From NCBI GenBank assembly GCA_018208355.1, contig CP062796.1:1918517-1982516 (forward strand): 64,000 nucleotides of DNA, in the 5' to 3' direction. Made by a program: the position numbers and the translations under genes. Of this stretch, positions 55,956 through 64,000 are shown piece after piece. Under the pieces are notes generated by a model, which searched no databases, had not been told where the DNA came from, and saw only the letters and a list, made by a program, of their open reading frames with translations. This stretch comes from Candidatus Fermentithermobacillus carboniphilus (lineage in GTDB: Bacteria > Bacillota > Sulfobacillia > Fermentithermobacillales > Fermentithermobacillaceae). How positions within the stretch are numbered: position 1 is the stretch's first letter; every line of letters begins with the position of its first letter.

Positions 55956-57215
55956 TTGCGAGAACCGAACAGTCCGGTGTCCGGGCAATTCGTCCCGGGG
56001 TCTTTCCGGGTGGGTGAGAACCTGAAGATCAAGGTGCGGCCCGAAGATTTTGTAGTGAGAGAAAGAGTGACCCTCGCTTTCTCTCCAGAGGGTCCCTACA
56101 GGATATATGTCCTCGAAAAGCGCTTCTGGAATACCATAGACGCCCTGAGGCTCATAGCGGAAAAAAACCGCGTCCCTTTATCAGAGATCGGTTACGGGGG
56201 CCGGAAAGACCGGTACGGGCTGACCTTCCAGCACATCTCTGTTCCGCGCATCTATGAGCTGAATTTAGAAGAACCCAACGTCAAGCTCACTTTCCTTGGA
56301 TACTCGGGTGACTTCGTTTCTCCGGAAGTCCTGGAAGGAAATGATTTCGAGCTCACTCTGAGAGATATAGACCCTTCCCAGGAGGGGTACCTGGAAAGAC
56401 GCCTTGAGGAGATTTGCCGGTGGGGGTTTCCCAACTACTTCGACGATCAGAGATTCGGCAGCGTGGAGCACCCGGATGAGTTTTTCGCCGAGAGGCTGAT
56501 AAAGAACCATTACAGGGGTGCTCTCAAGATATATTTTACCGCTATCTTCCCGGGTTACAAAAAGGCCGAGAAAGAAAGACGCCGGAAAATCGAGGAATGC
56601 TTCGGGAACTGGGACGAGGTCGAGAGATTGTCCCGGACCCCCGTAGAGAGAATGATTGCCAGGATACTCAAGGAGGGCGGAAGCAAGAGAAACCTGGTCC
56701 GTGCCATAAACGCCATACCCAAGGAGGAACTCTCAATGTTTTTCGCGGCGTACCAAAGCTATCTGTGGAATAAGACCCTGGAACGCATCCTGCCGCGGTA
56801 CGCCGGAGATCTTTTCGGGGTTAAAGGGAAGATTATGACTTACTATTTCTACCGGCGGCTCGGCGAGAAAGAGTTTTCGTACCTTTCTGGCTTGGAGATA
56901 CCGGTTGTCGCCCAGCATCTCGAGCCTGCGCCTCCTGAAGTCCGGGATGTCATAGAAGAGGTTCTGGAAGAAAGGGGTATCAGGCCGAACCAGTTCAACC
57001 TCAGGGATATCCGGAAAGTATATTTCAAATCTTTCCTGAGGCGTGCGATAGTGGTGCCCGGGGAATTCCGCAGAGGTCCTTTCAAAGATGACGAACTATA
57101 CCCGGGCAAGAGAAAACTCGAACTCGGGTTTTTTCTTCCTGCTGGTTCTTTTGCCACGATGATGGTCAAGTCACTGACTCTCTTTGCTCGGGCAGAAGGC
57201 GGGGAAGACTCTTGA
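55956..57215 (+). CDS. truD: tRNA pseudouridine(13) synthase TruD
   Basis: N-terminal PEDFVVRE, the catalytic block (GYGGRKDRYGLTFQHISV) and the FPNYFDDQRFG motif. Confidence 0.8.
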   Translation: MREPNSPVSGQFVPGSFRVGENLKIKVRPEDFVVRERVTLAFSPEGPYRIYVLEKRFWNTIDALRLIAEKNRVPLSEIGYGGRKDRYGLTFQHISVPRIYELNLEEPNVKLTFLGYSGDFVSPEVLEGNDFELTLRDIDPSQEGYLERRLEEICRWGFPNYFDDQRFGSVEHPDEFFAERLIKNHYRGALKIYFTAIFPGYKKAEKERRRKIEECFGNWDEVERLSRTPVERMIARILKEGGSKRNLVRAINAIPKEELSMFFAAYQSYLWNKTLERILPRYAGDLFGVKGKIMTYYFYRRLGEKEFSYLSGLEIPVVAQHLEPAPPEVRDVIEEVLEERGIRPNQFNLRDIRKVYFKSFLRRAIVVPGEFRRGPFKDDELYPGKRKLELGFFLPAGSFATMMVKSLTLFARAEGGEDS

Positions 57216-57356
57216 AAATGGAAGTGCCGAGAGTTACAGGCATCGGGATTCACAGGTGTGACGGCCTTTAGATGTGAAGGAATACAGGTATGAAAGTTCA
57301 CGGGCTTGGAAGATTACACGTCTTCAGGGTTAAAACGAGTGAAAGGACTGAGGATT

Positions 57357-58418
57357 TTGCAAAAAACGGGCGACTTTTCGGACTACCTCGTCTCGGGGCT
57401 GAGTTCCGACGGAAGGTTTCGGGTCCTGGCGGTGAGAACTACCGCTCTTGTGGAAGAGGCCCGGAGACGTCACTGTGCTTCAAGGACCGGTACTGCCGCA
57501 CTGGGGCGGGTTCTCACGGGGGCGGTCCTGATGGCGGGCACCCTGGATGAAGACCAATCGGTTACGCTGCGTTTTTTGGGAAACGGACCTGGAGGCGGCA
57601 TCATCGCTGAAGCGAGAAACGAGGGAGACATGATAACTGCGAGAGGCTACATGGGAGATCCATCGGTTGAGTTGCCTCTTTCACCCCAGGGCAAGCTTGA
57701 TGTAGGCGGAGTCGTCGGCAAAGACGGGTTTCTCTATGTCACAAAAGACCTCGGGTTGAAGGAACTGTATACAGGAAGCGCAAAGATCCAGTCAGGAGAG
57801 GTGGGCCTGGACATCGCCTACTATTACACTGTGTCCGAACAGCTCCCGTCGGCTGTATCTATAGGAGTGAGAGTAGGCGGTACGGTTATGGATCAGACCG
57901 GGGCGGCTGCCCGCCACAGACCCGGTGAGCTTGGCACTTCAGAAGAAACTGAGGATGGCCGGCGTGTCGTGTCAGGTGCCGGTGGACTCATGGTGCAGCT
58001 CATGCCGGGTGCGGAAGACGAAGAGACTGGCGTTGCCATATCGAAGATTCAGGATAACTTGGAACGCATGGGTTCAGTGAGTCTCCTTATCCAGGAAGGC
58101 AGGCCTCCGGAGCAACTCGTGGAGGCCGCTTTCGAAGGTGTCCGGGAGGTTACCCTCATGAGGAAGGTGCCGGTGACCTTCTCCTGCCGCTGTTCGCGGG
58201 ACAGGGCGGTTTCGGCTATCGTCAGCATGGGACGGGAAGAGGTGGAGAAACTGGCGGACGAAAAAGATGAGATAGAGGTGAGGTGCCACTTCTGTAACGA
58301 AGTCCACAGGTTCTCCCGGGAAGAACTCCGGGAGATCGCGAGATCCATGGGGGACACAGCCTCAAGCAACGACCCAAGGTCCGAGCCAGACGACTTTAAA
58401 GAAGCAAAGCAGGGGTAA
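57357..58418 (+). CDS. hslO: Hsp33 redox-regulated chaperone (HslO)
   Basis: Hsp33 N-domain (DYLVSGLSSDGRFRVLAVRTTALVEEARRRH) and the C-terminal zinc centre CRCSRD...CHFCNEVH (CxC...CxxC). Start taken at the TTG after the AGGACTGAGGA ribosome-binding site; the track ORF starts at 57306. Confidence 0.8.
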   Translation: MQKTGDFSDYLVSGLSSDGRFRVLAVRTTALVEEARRRHCASRTGTAALGRVLTGAVLMAGTLDEDQSVTLRFLGNGPGGGIIAEARNEGDMITARGYMGDPSVELPLSPQGKLDVGGVVGKDGFLYVTKDLGLKELYTGSAKIQSGEVGLDIAYYYTVSEQLPSAVSIGVRVGGTVMDQTGAAARHRPGELGTSEETEDGRRVVSGAGGLMVQLMPGAEDEETGVAISKIQDNLERMGSVSLLIQEGRPPEQLVEAAFEGVREVTLMRKVPVTFSCRCSRDRAVSAIVSMGREEVEKLADEKDEIEVRCHFCNEVHRFSREELREIARSMGDTASSNDPRSEPDDFKEAKQG

Positions 58419-58423
58419 CGGTC

Positions 58424-59500
58424 ATGTTGCTCTTGACGACGTGCAGCTACATACCTATCGAGATCCCCGTGGCGCTCGGAATTCCAGCGAGGCGGGCTTT
58501 TCCGCGCGGCCAAAAACCTGTTGCAGAATCGTACGTCCCCAGGGACTTTTGCCCTTACTCCAGGGCAGTCTTTAGTCTGGCCAAGGAATTGGAAGATACG
58601 AGTGAACCTGGTCTCGTGTTGGCTATAGCGGGTTCGTGCGATGCCATGAGGAGGGTATACGACGCCGTAAGGATGTACGGAAATGTCCCTACATTGTTTG
58701 TGGACGTTCCCAGGACTGGCGATGACCTGGCAGTCGGGTACTTCGCTTCGGTCCTGAGAAGATTCGCGCGGGAACTTGCGGCGCAGTCGACGGGACAGGC
58801 TACCGGCGAGGAAGAACTGGAAGAGCGTCTGTGGCGCGCGATAAGGTTACTGGATGACTTGAGAGATGTGGCAAAAAACTATGCTGACATGTCGAGTTCT
58901 TCCAGCCAGCGGCTTGAGATGCTTTTTGCCCTCGAACGCTACCTTGGCATGAAAGACATGGAAGACGCCGAACGAGCAGGTACCGACGGGCTGGTTGAAT
59001 ACCTCGTTTCGGAAGGGTTTGTCCCGGGGGAGATGAAGTCATTGACCGAAGATGGGCCTCCGGTGATCCTCACGGGAACCTACTGTCTGGATACCTCCAT
59101 GGCGGAAGCTCTGGATGAATGCGGATTTAAGGTGGCGGCCCTGGATTCTTGCTGGGGGATACGGGGATTGGAACCAGGGGAAGTACAAGATGGTGGAGAC
59201 CCATTTCTGGCGCTGGCCGGGGCGTATCTCCGGAAGACTCCGTGCCCCAGAATCCTCCAAAAAGACGCGCGCATTCTGGCGCTGGATAAACTCCTGGACG
59301 ATAACCCCGGTATCCGGGGGATCGTGTACTACCTTCCCAAGTTCTGCGACCAGGGTTATTACGACTATGTGGAGGTAAAGACCTTTGCCAAAAGGAAACA
59401 TTTGCCCCTCCTGATGGTAGAAGGGGACTATGGAGCGGGCAAGTGGGCACAAACGAAAACCCGGCTTATGGCCTTCTTGGAACTGCTGGAACAGGGCTGA
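58424..59500 (+). CDS. 2-hydroxyacyl-CoA dehydratase family subunit (HgdB/HadC/FldC-like, small subunit)
   Basis: HGD-D family N-terminus (MLLLTTCSYIPIEIPVALGIP) and conserved cluster-binding cysteines (GSCDAM, DSCWG, PKFCDQG). Confidence 0.7.
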   Translation: MLLLTTCSYIPIEIPVALGIPARRAFPRGQKPVAESYVPRDFCPYSRAVFSLAKELEDTSEPGLVLAIAGSCDAMRRVYDAVRMYGNVPTLFVDVPRTGDDLAVGYFASVLRRFARELAAQSTGQATGEEELEERLWRAIRLLDDLRDVAKNYADMSSSSSQRLEMLFALERYLGMKDMEDAERAGTDGLVEYLVSEGFVPGEMKSLTEDGPPVILTGTYCLDTSMAEALDECGFKVAALDSCWGIRGLEPGEVQDGGDPFLALAGAYLRKTPCPRILQKDARILALDKLLDDNPGIRGIVYYLPKFCDQGYYDYVEVKTFAKRKHLPLLMVEGDYGAGKWAQTKTRLMAFLELLEQG

Positions 59501-59635
59501 AAAAGTCCCTTGGACCTGCCCCGATGTTTGATGGTACGGATGGCGGTATGTAAGCCAAACATGATCAAATGGAATTCCTGTTCATCGGATGGAATTCCAG
59601 TTAAGTTAAGTCTCTGGCGGAGGGATTGAGGGACG

Positions 59636-60931
59636 TTGTGGCCGCGCTTTTTCAGGCTACATAAATCACCGACCCAGGGAAATTTCCCGGAAAAGGCCTT
59701 GAGGTTCTTGCTCGAAAGGGGTTTTACCTACAAGGCCGTTGAGACCTACTTGGCCAGAAAAAGCAATGGTCAGAAATCTTACCAGGAAGTAGCCGCATCA
59801 GGGATCTTGACCGAGCTTCGCCAGGCCTACCGGAGAGAAAGACCGGTGATCTATACCACCGCTTTTGTACCGACGGAACTGGTATACGGCCTCGGTGCGG
59901 TCCCTTTTCTCCCGGAGGTATGGAGCGGCTTTGCCGCGTCACTGGGCGTCGCTCCGAGAGCTATACACATTTCGGAATCCCTGGGATATTCGCAAGATCT
60001 CTGCAGCTTCCACAGGTGCGGTCTTGGCCTCTTCGGGATGGGGATACTGCCGAATCCCTCTGCGGTTATAGTATCGTCCCACCTTTGCGACGGAGGCAGG
60101 CGATCCCTTTACTACCACAGCCGTGTCGCCGGATGTCCCCTGTACGTCCTGGATGTCCCGTATTCGTTCGACAGGGAAGCCAGGGTTTTTTTGGCTCGGC
60201 AGATCGAGCATGTGGCCCAGGATCTGGTCAGAAAAGTTCCCGGGTTGTCCTTAGACCACATGAGACGGGCAATAGAGGCCTCGAACGGGGCAAGGAGGGT
60301 GTACCTCGACGTGTGCCGGGTGAGAAGGAATGTCCCATCTCCCTGGAGAGGAAGCGAGGCCCTGAATTACGTCTCGGTGTTTCTTTCCTCCTGGGGAAGC
60401 GGGTGGCTTCCCGAGTTTTATGGGGAACTTTTGAGATACCTGGAGAGAACCGTGAGGACCTGCGCATTTCCGGTCGGAAATGAGAGGCACAGGCTGCTGT
60501 GGTTGAACCTCCGGCCGTATTACAGGACCCCGATTTTCGATTTCCTGGAAAAGCAATTCTCGACGTCCATAGCCTTCGAAGAGTATAGCAAGCTGTACTG
60601 GCCCGAGATCGACCCGGACAATTGGGCGGAAGGACTTGCGGAAAAGATGATGTCTAACTTCGGTTGGGGGCCCCTTGAAAGAAGGATTCACGCCGTATGG
60701 TCTATGGTGGAGGATTATTCCATCGACGGGGTCGTTCAATTCAACCAATGGGGCTGCAGGCAGTCCAATGGTGGGGCGAGGCCGCTGAGAGACTTTCTAC
60801 AAAAAAGAGGAATCCCGTTCCTCGAGTTGGATGGCGATGGGGTTGATGCCGGGAACTCCGGTTCAGCCCAGGCCATCACAAGGTTGTCTGCCTTCCTTGA
60901 GATGCTGGATTCACGTGGGGTGATCGCTTGA
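59636..60931 (+). CDS. 2-hydroxyacyl-CoA dehydratase family subunit (HgdA/HadB/FldB-like, large subunit)
   Basis: HGD-D family blocks (VIYTTAFVPTELVYGLGAVPF, DLCSFHRCG, HLCDGG, FNQWGCRQS). Confidence 0.7.
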   Translation: MWPRFFRLHKSPTQGNFPEKALRFLLERGFTYKAVETYLARKSNGQKSYQEVAASGILTELRQAYRRERPVIYTTAFVPTELVYGLGAVPFLPEVWSGFAASLGVAPRAIHISESLGYSQDLCSFHRCGLGLFGMGILPNPSAVIVSSHLCDGGRRSLYYHSRVAGCPLYVLDVPYSFDREARVFLARQIEHVAQDLVRKVPGLSLDHMRRAIEASNGARRVYLDVCRVRRNVPSPWRGSEALNYVSVFLSSWGSGWLPEFYGELLRYLERTVRTCAFPVGNERHRLLWLNLRPYYRTPIFDFLEKQFSTSIAFEEYSKLYWPEIDPDNWAEGLAEKMMSNFGWGPLERRIHAVWSMVEDYSIDGVVQFNQWGCRQSNGGARPLRDFLQKRGIPFLELDGDGVDAGNSGSAQAITRLSAFLEMLDSRGVIA

Positions 60932-61704
60932 CCGTCGCGGTTGGCGTAGATTCAGGTTCGACGACCACGAAAGTGGTGGTCCTGGTAAACGGGAAAGTTG
61001 CCTGCACTACCTCGGCGGTGACAGGTCCAGACCCGGCGAAGACAGCTTCGCTCTGTATTGATAAAGCTCTTTCCGAATGCGGGCACACTTTCCGGGAAAT
61101 AAGTTGTCTGGTTGCCACAGGGTACGGTAGGGAAAGAGTATCTGGCGCGACCAGGATCCTCACCGAGATAACATGTCACGCCAGAGGTGCCCACGCCATG
61201 GTTCCTGCAGCCCGGACGATAATCGATATCGGAGGCCAGGACTCTAAGGTCATAAGACTTGACGAAAGAGGTTTCGTCCAGGACTTCATAATGAACGACA
61301 AGTGTGCGGCGGGTACCGGACGTTTTCTCGAAGTCATGGCCGCCCGTCTCCAAGTGGGGCTCGATGAGTTCGGAGAGGAGTGGGGGAGGGCGCGGGGTTC
61401 TGTAAAGATCTCCAGTACGTGCACGGTTTTTGCCGAATCCGAGATCATCAGTCTTATTTCTGCCGGCGTGAAGAGGCCTGAAGTCATCAAAGGCCTGTGC
61501 AACGCCATAGCGGGGCGGGTTGCGAGCATGGCCAGGAGGGTCGGTATCGAGCCTGCGGTAGTTTTCACGGGCGGCGTCAGCCTCAATGAGGGAGTGAGGC
61601 GGGCGCTGGAGGATGCTCTCTCCCAGAAAATCGTGGTTCCGCCCATGTCACAATTTATGGGGGCTTACGGGGCTGCGTTATTTGCCCAAGACCTTGTAGA
61701 ATGA
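60928..61704 (+). CDS. CoA-substrate-specific enzyme activase (HgdC/HadI-type ATP-dependent [4Fe-4S] activator)
   Basis: VGVDSGSTTTKVVVL, DIGGQDSKVI, DKCAAGTGRFLE and GGVSLNEGVRRALE motifs. The cluster-bridging Cys is in the STCTVFAESE region. The TTG start overlaps the upstream stop. Confidence 0.8.
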   Translation: MTVAVGVDSGSTTTKVVVLVNGKVACTTSAVTGPDPAKTASLCIDKALSECGHTFREISCLVATGYGRERVSGATRILTEITCHARGAHAMVPAARTIIDIGGQDSKVIRLDERGFVQDFIMNDKCAAGTGRFLEVMAARLQVGLDEFGEEWGRARGSVKISSTCTVFAESEIISLISAGVKRPEVIKGLCNAIAGRVASMARRVGIEPAVVFTGGVSLNEGVRRALEDALSQKIVVPPMSQFMGAYGAALFAQDLVE

Positions 61705-61792
61705 TGGCAGCATACCCTCTGGATCGGCCGAAAGTAAAGAGCCCCCGGCGTCACTGTCCCTTTGTGGGATCTATCGCGGTTCCGCCTCAGTC

Positions 61793-62221
61793 TTACCTGA
61801 GGTTCTCGGCGATCTCCCGGATTCGCCGTTCTTCCTCCGACCGTGGCTCAGGCAGCACAATACCGTGGGGGACAGGCCGACCCTCGGTGTCTACCTTAAC
61901 GAATGTTACGAACCCGTCAACCATGGGGTTGGGGCTATCGTTCTTAATGACGCGGCCGAATACCGTAAGACTAGTGCGGCCCGCTCGTACAGGGAATGTG
62001 CGAAACGTGAGGATGTCGCCTTTGCTGGCGGGAGTCGTAAATTCTAGACCATGGAGTTTTAGACAAACTACCTCCTCTGGACGGCCAATAGTACGGCAGG
62101 CAGCGATAAAACAGGCTTCAATGAACCACTCCGCCATCCGTCCGGCGAACAGGGTACCGTGATGGTTAAGGTCCTCCTCTTTGATGAGACGTGCAACGAT
62201 TACAGGCTCGAGCGATGTCAT
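61793..62221 (-). CDS. Hotdog-fold acyl-CoA thioesterase (YciA/4HBT-like)
   Basis: LNHHGTLFAGRMAEWFIEACFIAA...GDILTF is a 4HBT/YciA-type hotdog motif. Confidence 0.7.
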   Translation of the reverse strand: MTSLEPVIVARLIKEEDLNHHGTLFAGRMAEWFIEACFIAACRTIGRPEEVVCLKLHGLEFTTPASKGDILTFRTFPVRAGRTSLTVFGRVIKNDSPNPMVDGFVTFVKVDTEGRPVPHGIVLPEPRSEEERRIREIAENLR

Positions 62222-62577
62222 TGTCCGAATCTCCTCCCCAGTGTGTCATCGGACCATTTTATCACAAATGGGCGCTTGACAATGTAGACGATCGTTGCCC
62301 AAACCAACATTTACATAAACCAGCATCGCGTGAGCCACTATAATGACGCGCTTCGCTGTAGTCTGGCGGCTCCAGTCTGGTGCCCGATATTACGCCGGGT
62401 GGGCGTGATGGCAGGATTGCACTCCTTAGAGCCGCTGATATATCACTTCGCGGGAAAGAGGCACTGTATCAGGGGGCGCTCCCACCAGGTTGACAGAATA
62501 AAGAAAGGAAGCATAGAATGCCGTTTGATGCAATCTGCTGGACAAGCAGCATTCAGTGTGTAAAGGGGCTAAGTTCC

Positions 62578-64000
62578 ATGGTATTGCTTACCGTTTCGAT
62601 CCTCACAGGATTGCTTTCGGTGACAGTGGCTTTATGGACTTTCTTAGGCCTGAAAAAGATCAAGGGCCGTACTGAACGTATGGCTGAAATTGCCGGTTAC
62701 ATAGCTATTGGAGTCAGGGCGTACCTTTCGCGACAGCTTAAGACCATTTTGATGATCACCCCGCTGATCGCGCTGGTGGTCTACGCTTTCAACGGCCTGG
62801 CCGTTGCCGTCACCTTTATCTTGGGCGTCGTCACGTCCCTTACTACTGCGTTCCTGGGGATGGGCGCGGCGGTACGCGCCAACGTCAGGACGGCGGAGGA
62901 TGCCACCGAGTCACCTTTGCGGGCGTTCCACACGTCTGTATATGGCGGTTCGGTTATGGGGTTCTCCGTCATCGGGTTCAGCCTGGTGGTCCTGTCTGTG
63001 CTTTACTACCTGCTGCGTAACCCTGAGGTTCTCGTAGGTTTCGGTTTCGGAGCAAGTCTGGCAGCTTTCTTTGCCCAGATCGGCGGAGGGATCTACACCA
63101 AGTCAGCTGACGTGGGGGCGGACCTGGTAGGCAAGATCGAGCAGCGCATTCCCGAGGACGATCCTCGGAATCCGGCTGTTATCGCCGACCTCGTGGGCGA
63201 CAATGTCGGCGACTGCGCCGGCCGCGGCTCCGACCTGTTCCAGACTTTTTCTGATGACATCGTCACGGGGATGCTTTTCGCAGCGGCGACAACCGAGAGG
63301 TACGGCCCGCTCGTGATATTCTTTCCGTTACTGCTGCAATGTGTAGGGGTCATATCATCCATTGCGGGCGTCCTCTCCATACGAGCCTTCCGGTCGGCGA
63401 AGCCTGAATCAGCTTTCAATGCCGGGATGCTCGTCAATACCACCCTTGCTACGGTTGGATCGTTCATCGTGTCCAAGCTCTTGCTGAATGACCTGAGTAT
63501 TTTCCTGAGCGCGTTTCTCGGAATCCTGGTTACATTGGTTGCCGCCTTCTTCACCCGCTACTATGCCGGGTCAGGCGGCAAGCCCGTGCAGAAGATCGCT
63601 GAGGCTTCAAAGCGCGGCGTAGCGCTGAATATCATAACGGGTCTGGCGTACGGGCTCCAGAGCCCTCTCGCGTCTATCGTCATGATAGTGGTCGCGGTGT
63701 CAGTCGCGTACCTGGTCTCGGGCGCTGTTGCGTCCTCACTCTTGGCCGTCGTGGCGGTGAACATAGGCACGGACCTGTTAATCGGATTCATCATGACAGC
63801 CGATGCCTTCGGCCCCATCACCGATAATGCAGCGGGAATTGCCGAGATGTCCGGGGCAAGCGATGCTGTTGTCAGCTCGCTGTCGGCGCTGGACTCGGTA
63901 GGTAACACCATGAAGGCCACTACCAAGGCGTATGCTATGTCTTCGGGGACTGTGACCTCATTCGTCTTGTTCGCGACGTTTTTCTCCTTGGTCCGCATTA
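62578..64000 (+). CDS. hppA: Membrane-bound proton/sodium-translocating pyrophosphatase (HppA), partial; the 3' end lies beyond the window. Not in the ORF track.
   Basis: Manual translation from the ATG at 62578 (AAAGGGG ribosome-binding site): MVLLTVSILTGLL...GGGIYTKSADVGADLVGKIE...DNVGDCAGRGSDLF...GPITDNAAGIAEMS. These are hallmark H+-PPase motifs. The ORF is open to the window end. Confidence 0.85.
   Translation, partial: MVLLTVSILTGLLSVTVALWTFLGLKKIKGRTERMAEIAGYIAIGVRAYLSRQLKTILMITPLIALVVYAFNGLAVAVTFILGVVTSLTTAFLGMGAAVRANVRTAEDATESPLRAFHTSVYGGSVMGFSVIGFSLVVLSVLYYLLRNPEVLVGFGFGASLAAFFAQIGGGIYTKSADVGADLVGKIEQRIPEDDPRNPAVIADLVGDNVGDCAGRGSDLFQTFSDDIVTGMLFAAATTERYGPLVIFFPLLLQCVGVISSIAGVLSIRAFRSAKPESAFNAGMLVNTTLATVGSFIVSKLLLNDLSIFLSAFLGILVTLVAAFFTRYYAGSGGKPVQKIAEASKRGVALNIITGLAYGLQSPLASIVMIVVAVSVAYLVSGAVASSLLAVVAVNIGTDLLIGFIMTADAFGPITDNAAGIAEMSGASDAVVSSLSALDSVGNTMKATTKAYAMSSGTVTSFVLFATFFSLVRI

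Noticed and set aside
1-64000. CRISPR arrays
   Set aside because: No series of three or more regularly spaced identical repeats was seen. The only tandem repeats are the two-copy units at 16011-16038 and the doubled IS-end motifs.

Overview
This 64-kb window comes from a moderately GC-rich, Gram-positive, spore-forming anaerobe (Clostridia-like). That is inferred from the CotF, YtaF and YlbF sporulation proteins, an SLH-domain enzyme and tungsten uptake genes. The ORF track gives the longest ATG/GTG/TTG ORFs, so many true starts are internal. It also omits ORFs that run off the window edge.

Layout from 5' to 3':
1. 1-2207: a partial GT4 glycosyltransferase gene (missing from the ORF track) and a patatin-like lipase.
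2. 2395-3085: a Phd/YefM-PIN toxin-antitoxin pair.
3. 3110-11583, minus strand: one long tungstate-uptake and molybdopterin-cofactor operon: tupCBA, a MOSC-MogA fusion, moaC, moaA and two moeA paralogues, one with a C-terminal PBP-like domain. A Moco-riboswitch-like leader sits at ~11640-11758.
4. 11885-16534: ytaF, mgtE (with a long leader), an M20 amidohydrolase and ogt.
5. 16824-20738: decayed mobile DNA: an ISLre2-like fragment, an HTH-PIN toxin-antitoxin pair, IS66 fragments, a solo 3' end of an IS110-family element, the C-terminal stump of a histidine kinase and a 5'-truncated GNAT gene.
6. 20795-22159: a CBS-DHH pyrophosphatase.
7. 22236-28710: a small IS with doubled 27-bp terminal repeats, then a BadF-type ATPase plus DUF2229/HgdB-like genes, then a complete IS110-family element beside a tRNA-Pro gene.
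8. 28987-39321: cotF, then a sigma-54 activator followed by a co-directional six-gene cluster (operon structure inferred): YgeY-like M20 hydrolase, ThrC-like PLP enzyme, DpaL/OrtB-like PLP enzyme, D-aminoacylase, a DUF997 membrane protein and an SSS symporter.
9. 39682-41889: an SLH-anchored GH26-like glycosidase.
10. 42267-43225: a PadR regulator followed by an unusual protein rich in Cys, His and Trp with repeated CC doublets.
11. 43466-62221: amidohydrolases, a YlbF-like protein, an ArsP_2-like permease, an ABC-2 exporter, mgtC, LD-carboxypeptidase, nagA, a DUF1177-AroM-PLP-lyase trio, truD, hsp33, a 2-hydroxyacyl-CoA-dehydratase-like system and a hotdog thioesterase.
12. 62578 to the window end: a partial membrane H+-pyrophosphatase gene, also missing from the track.

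The best candidates for a previously undescribed system are the Cys/His-rich protein paired with PadR and the sigma-54-controlled YgeY/ThrC-like/PLP/D-aminoacylase transport operon. The IS110 3' non-coding module (a candidate bridge-type ncRNA) and the IS-flanked BadF-ATPase/DUF2229 islet are also of interest.
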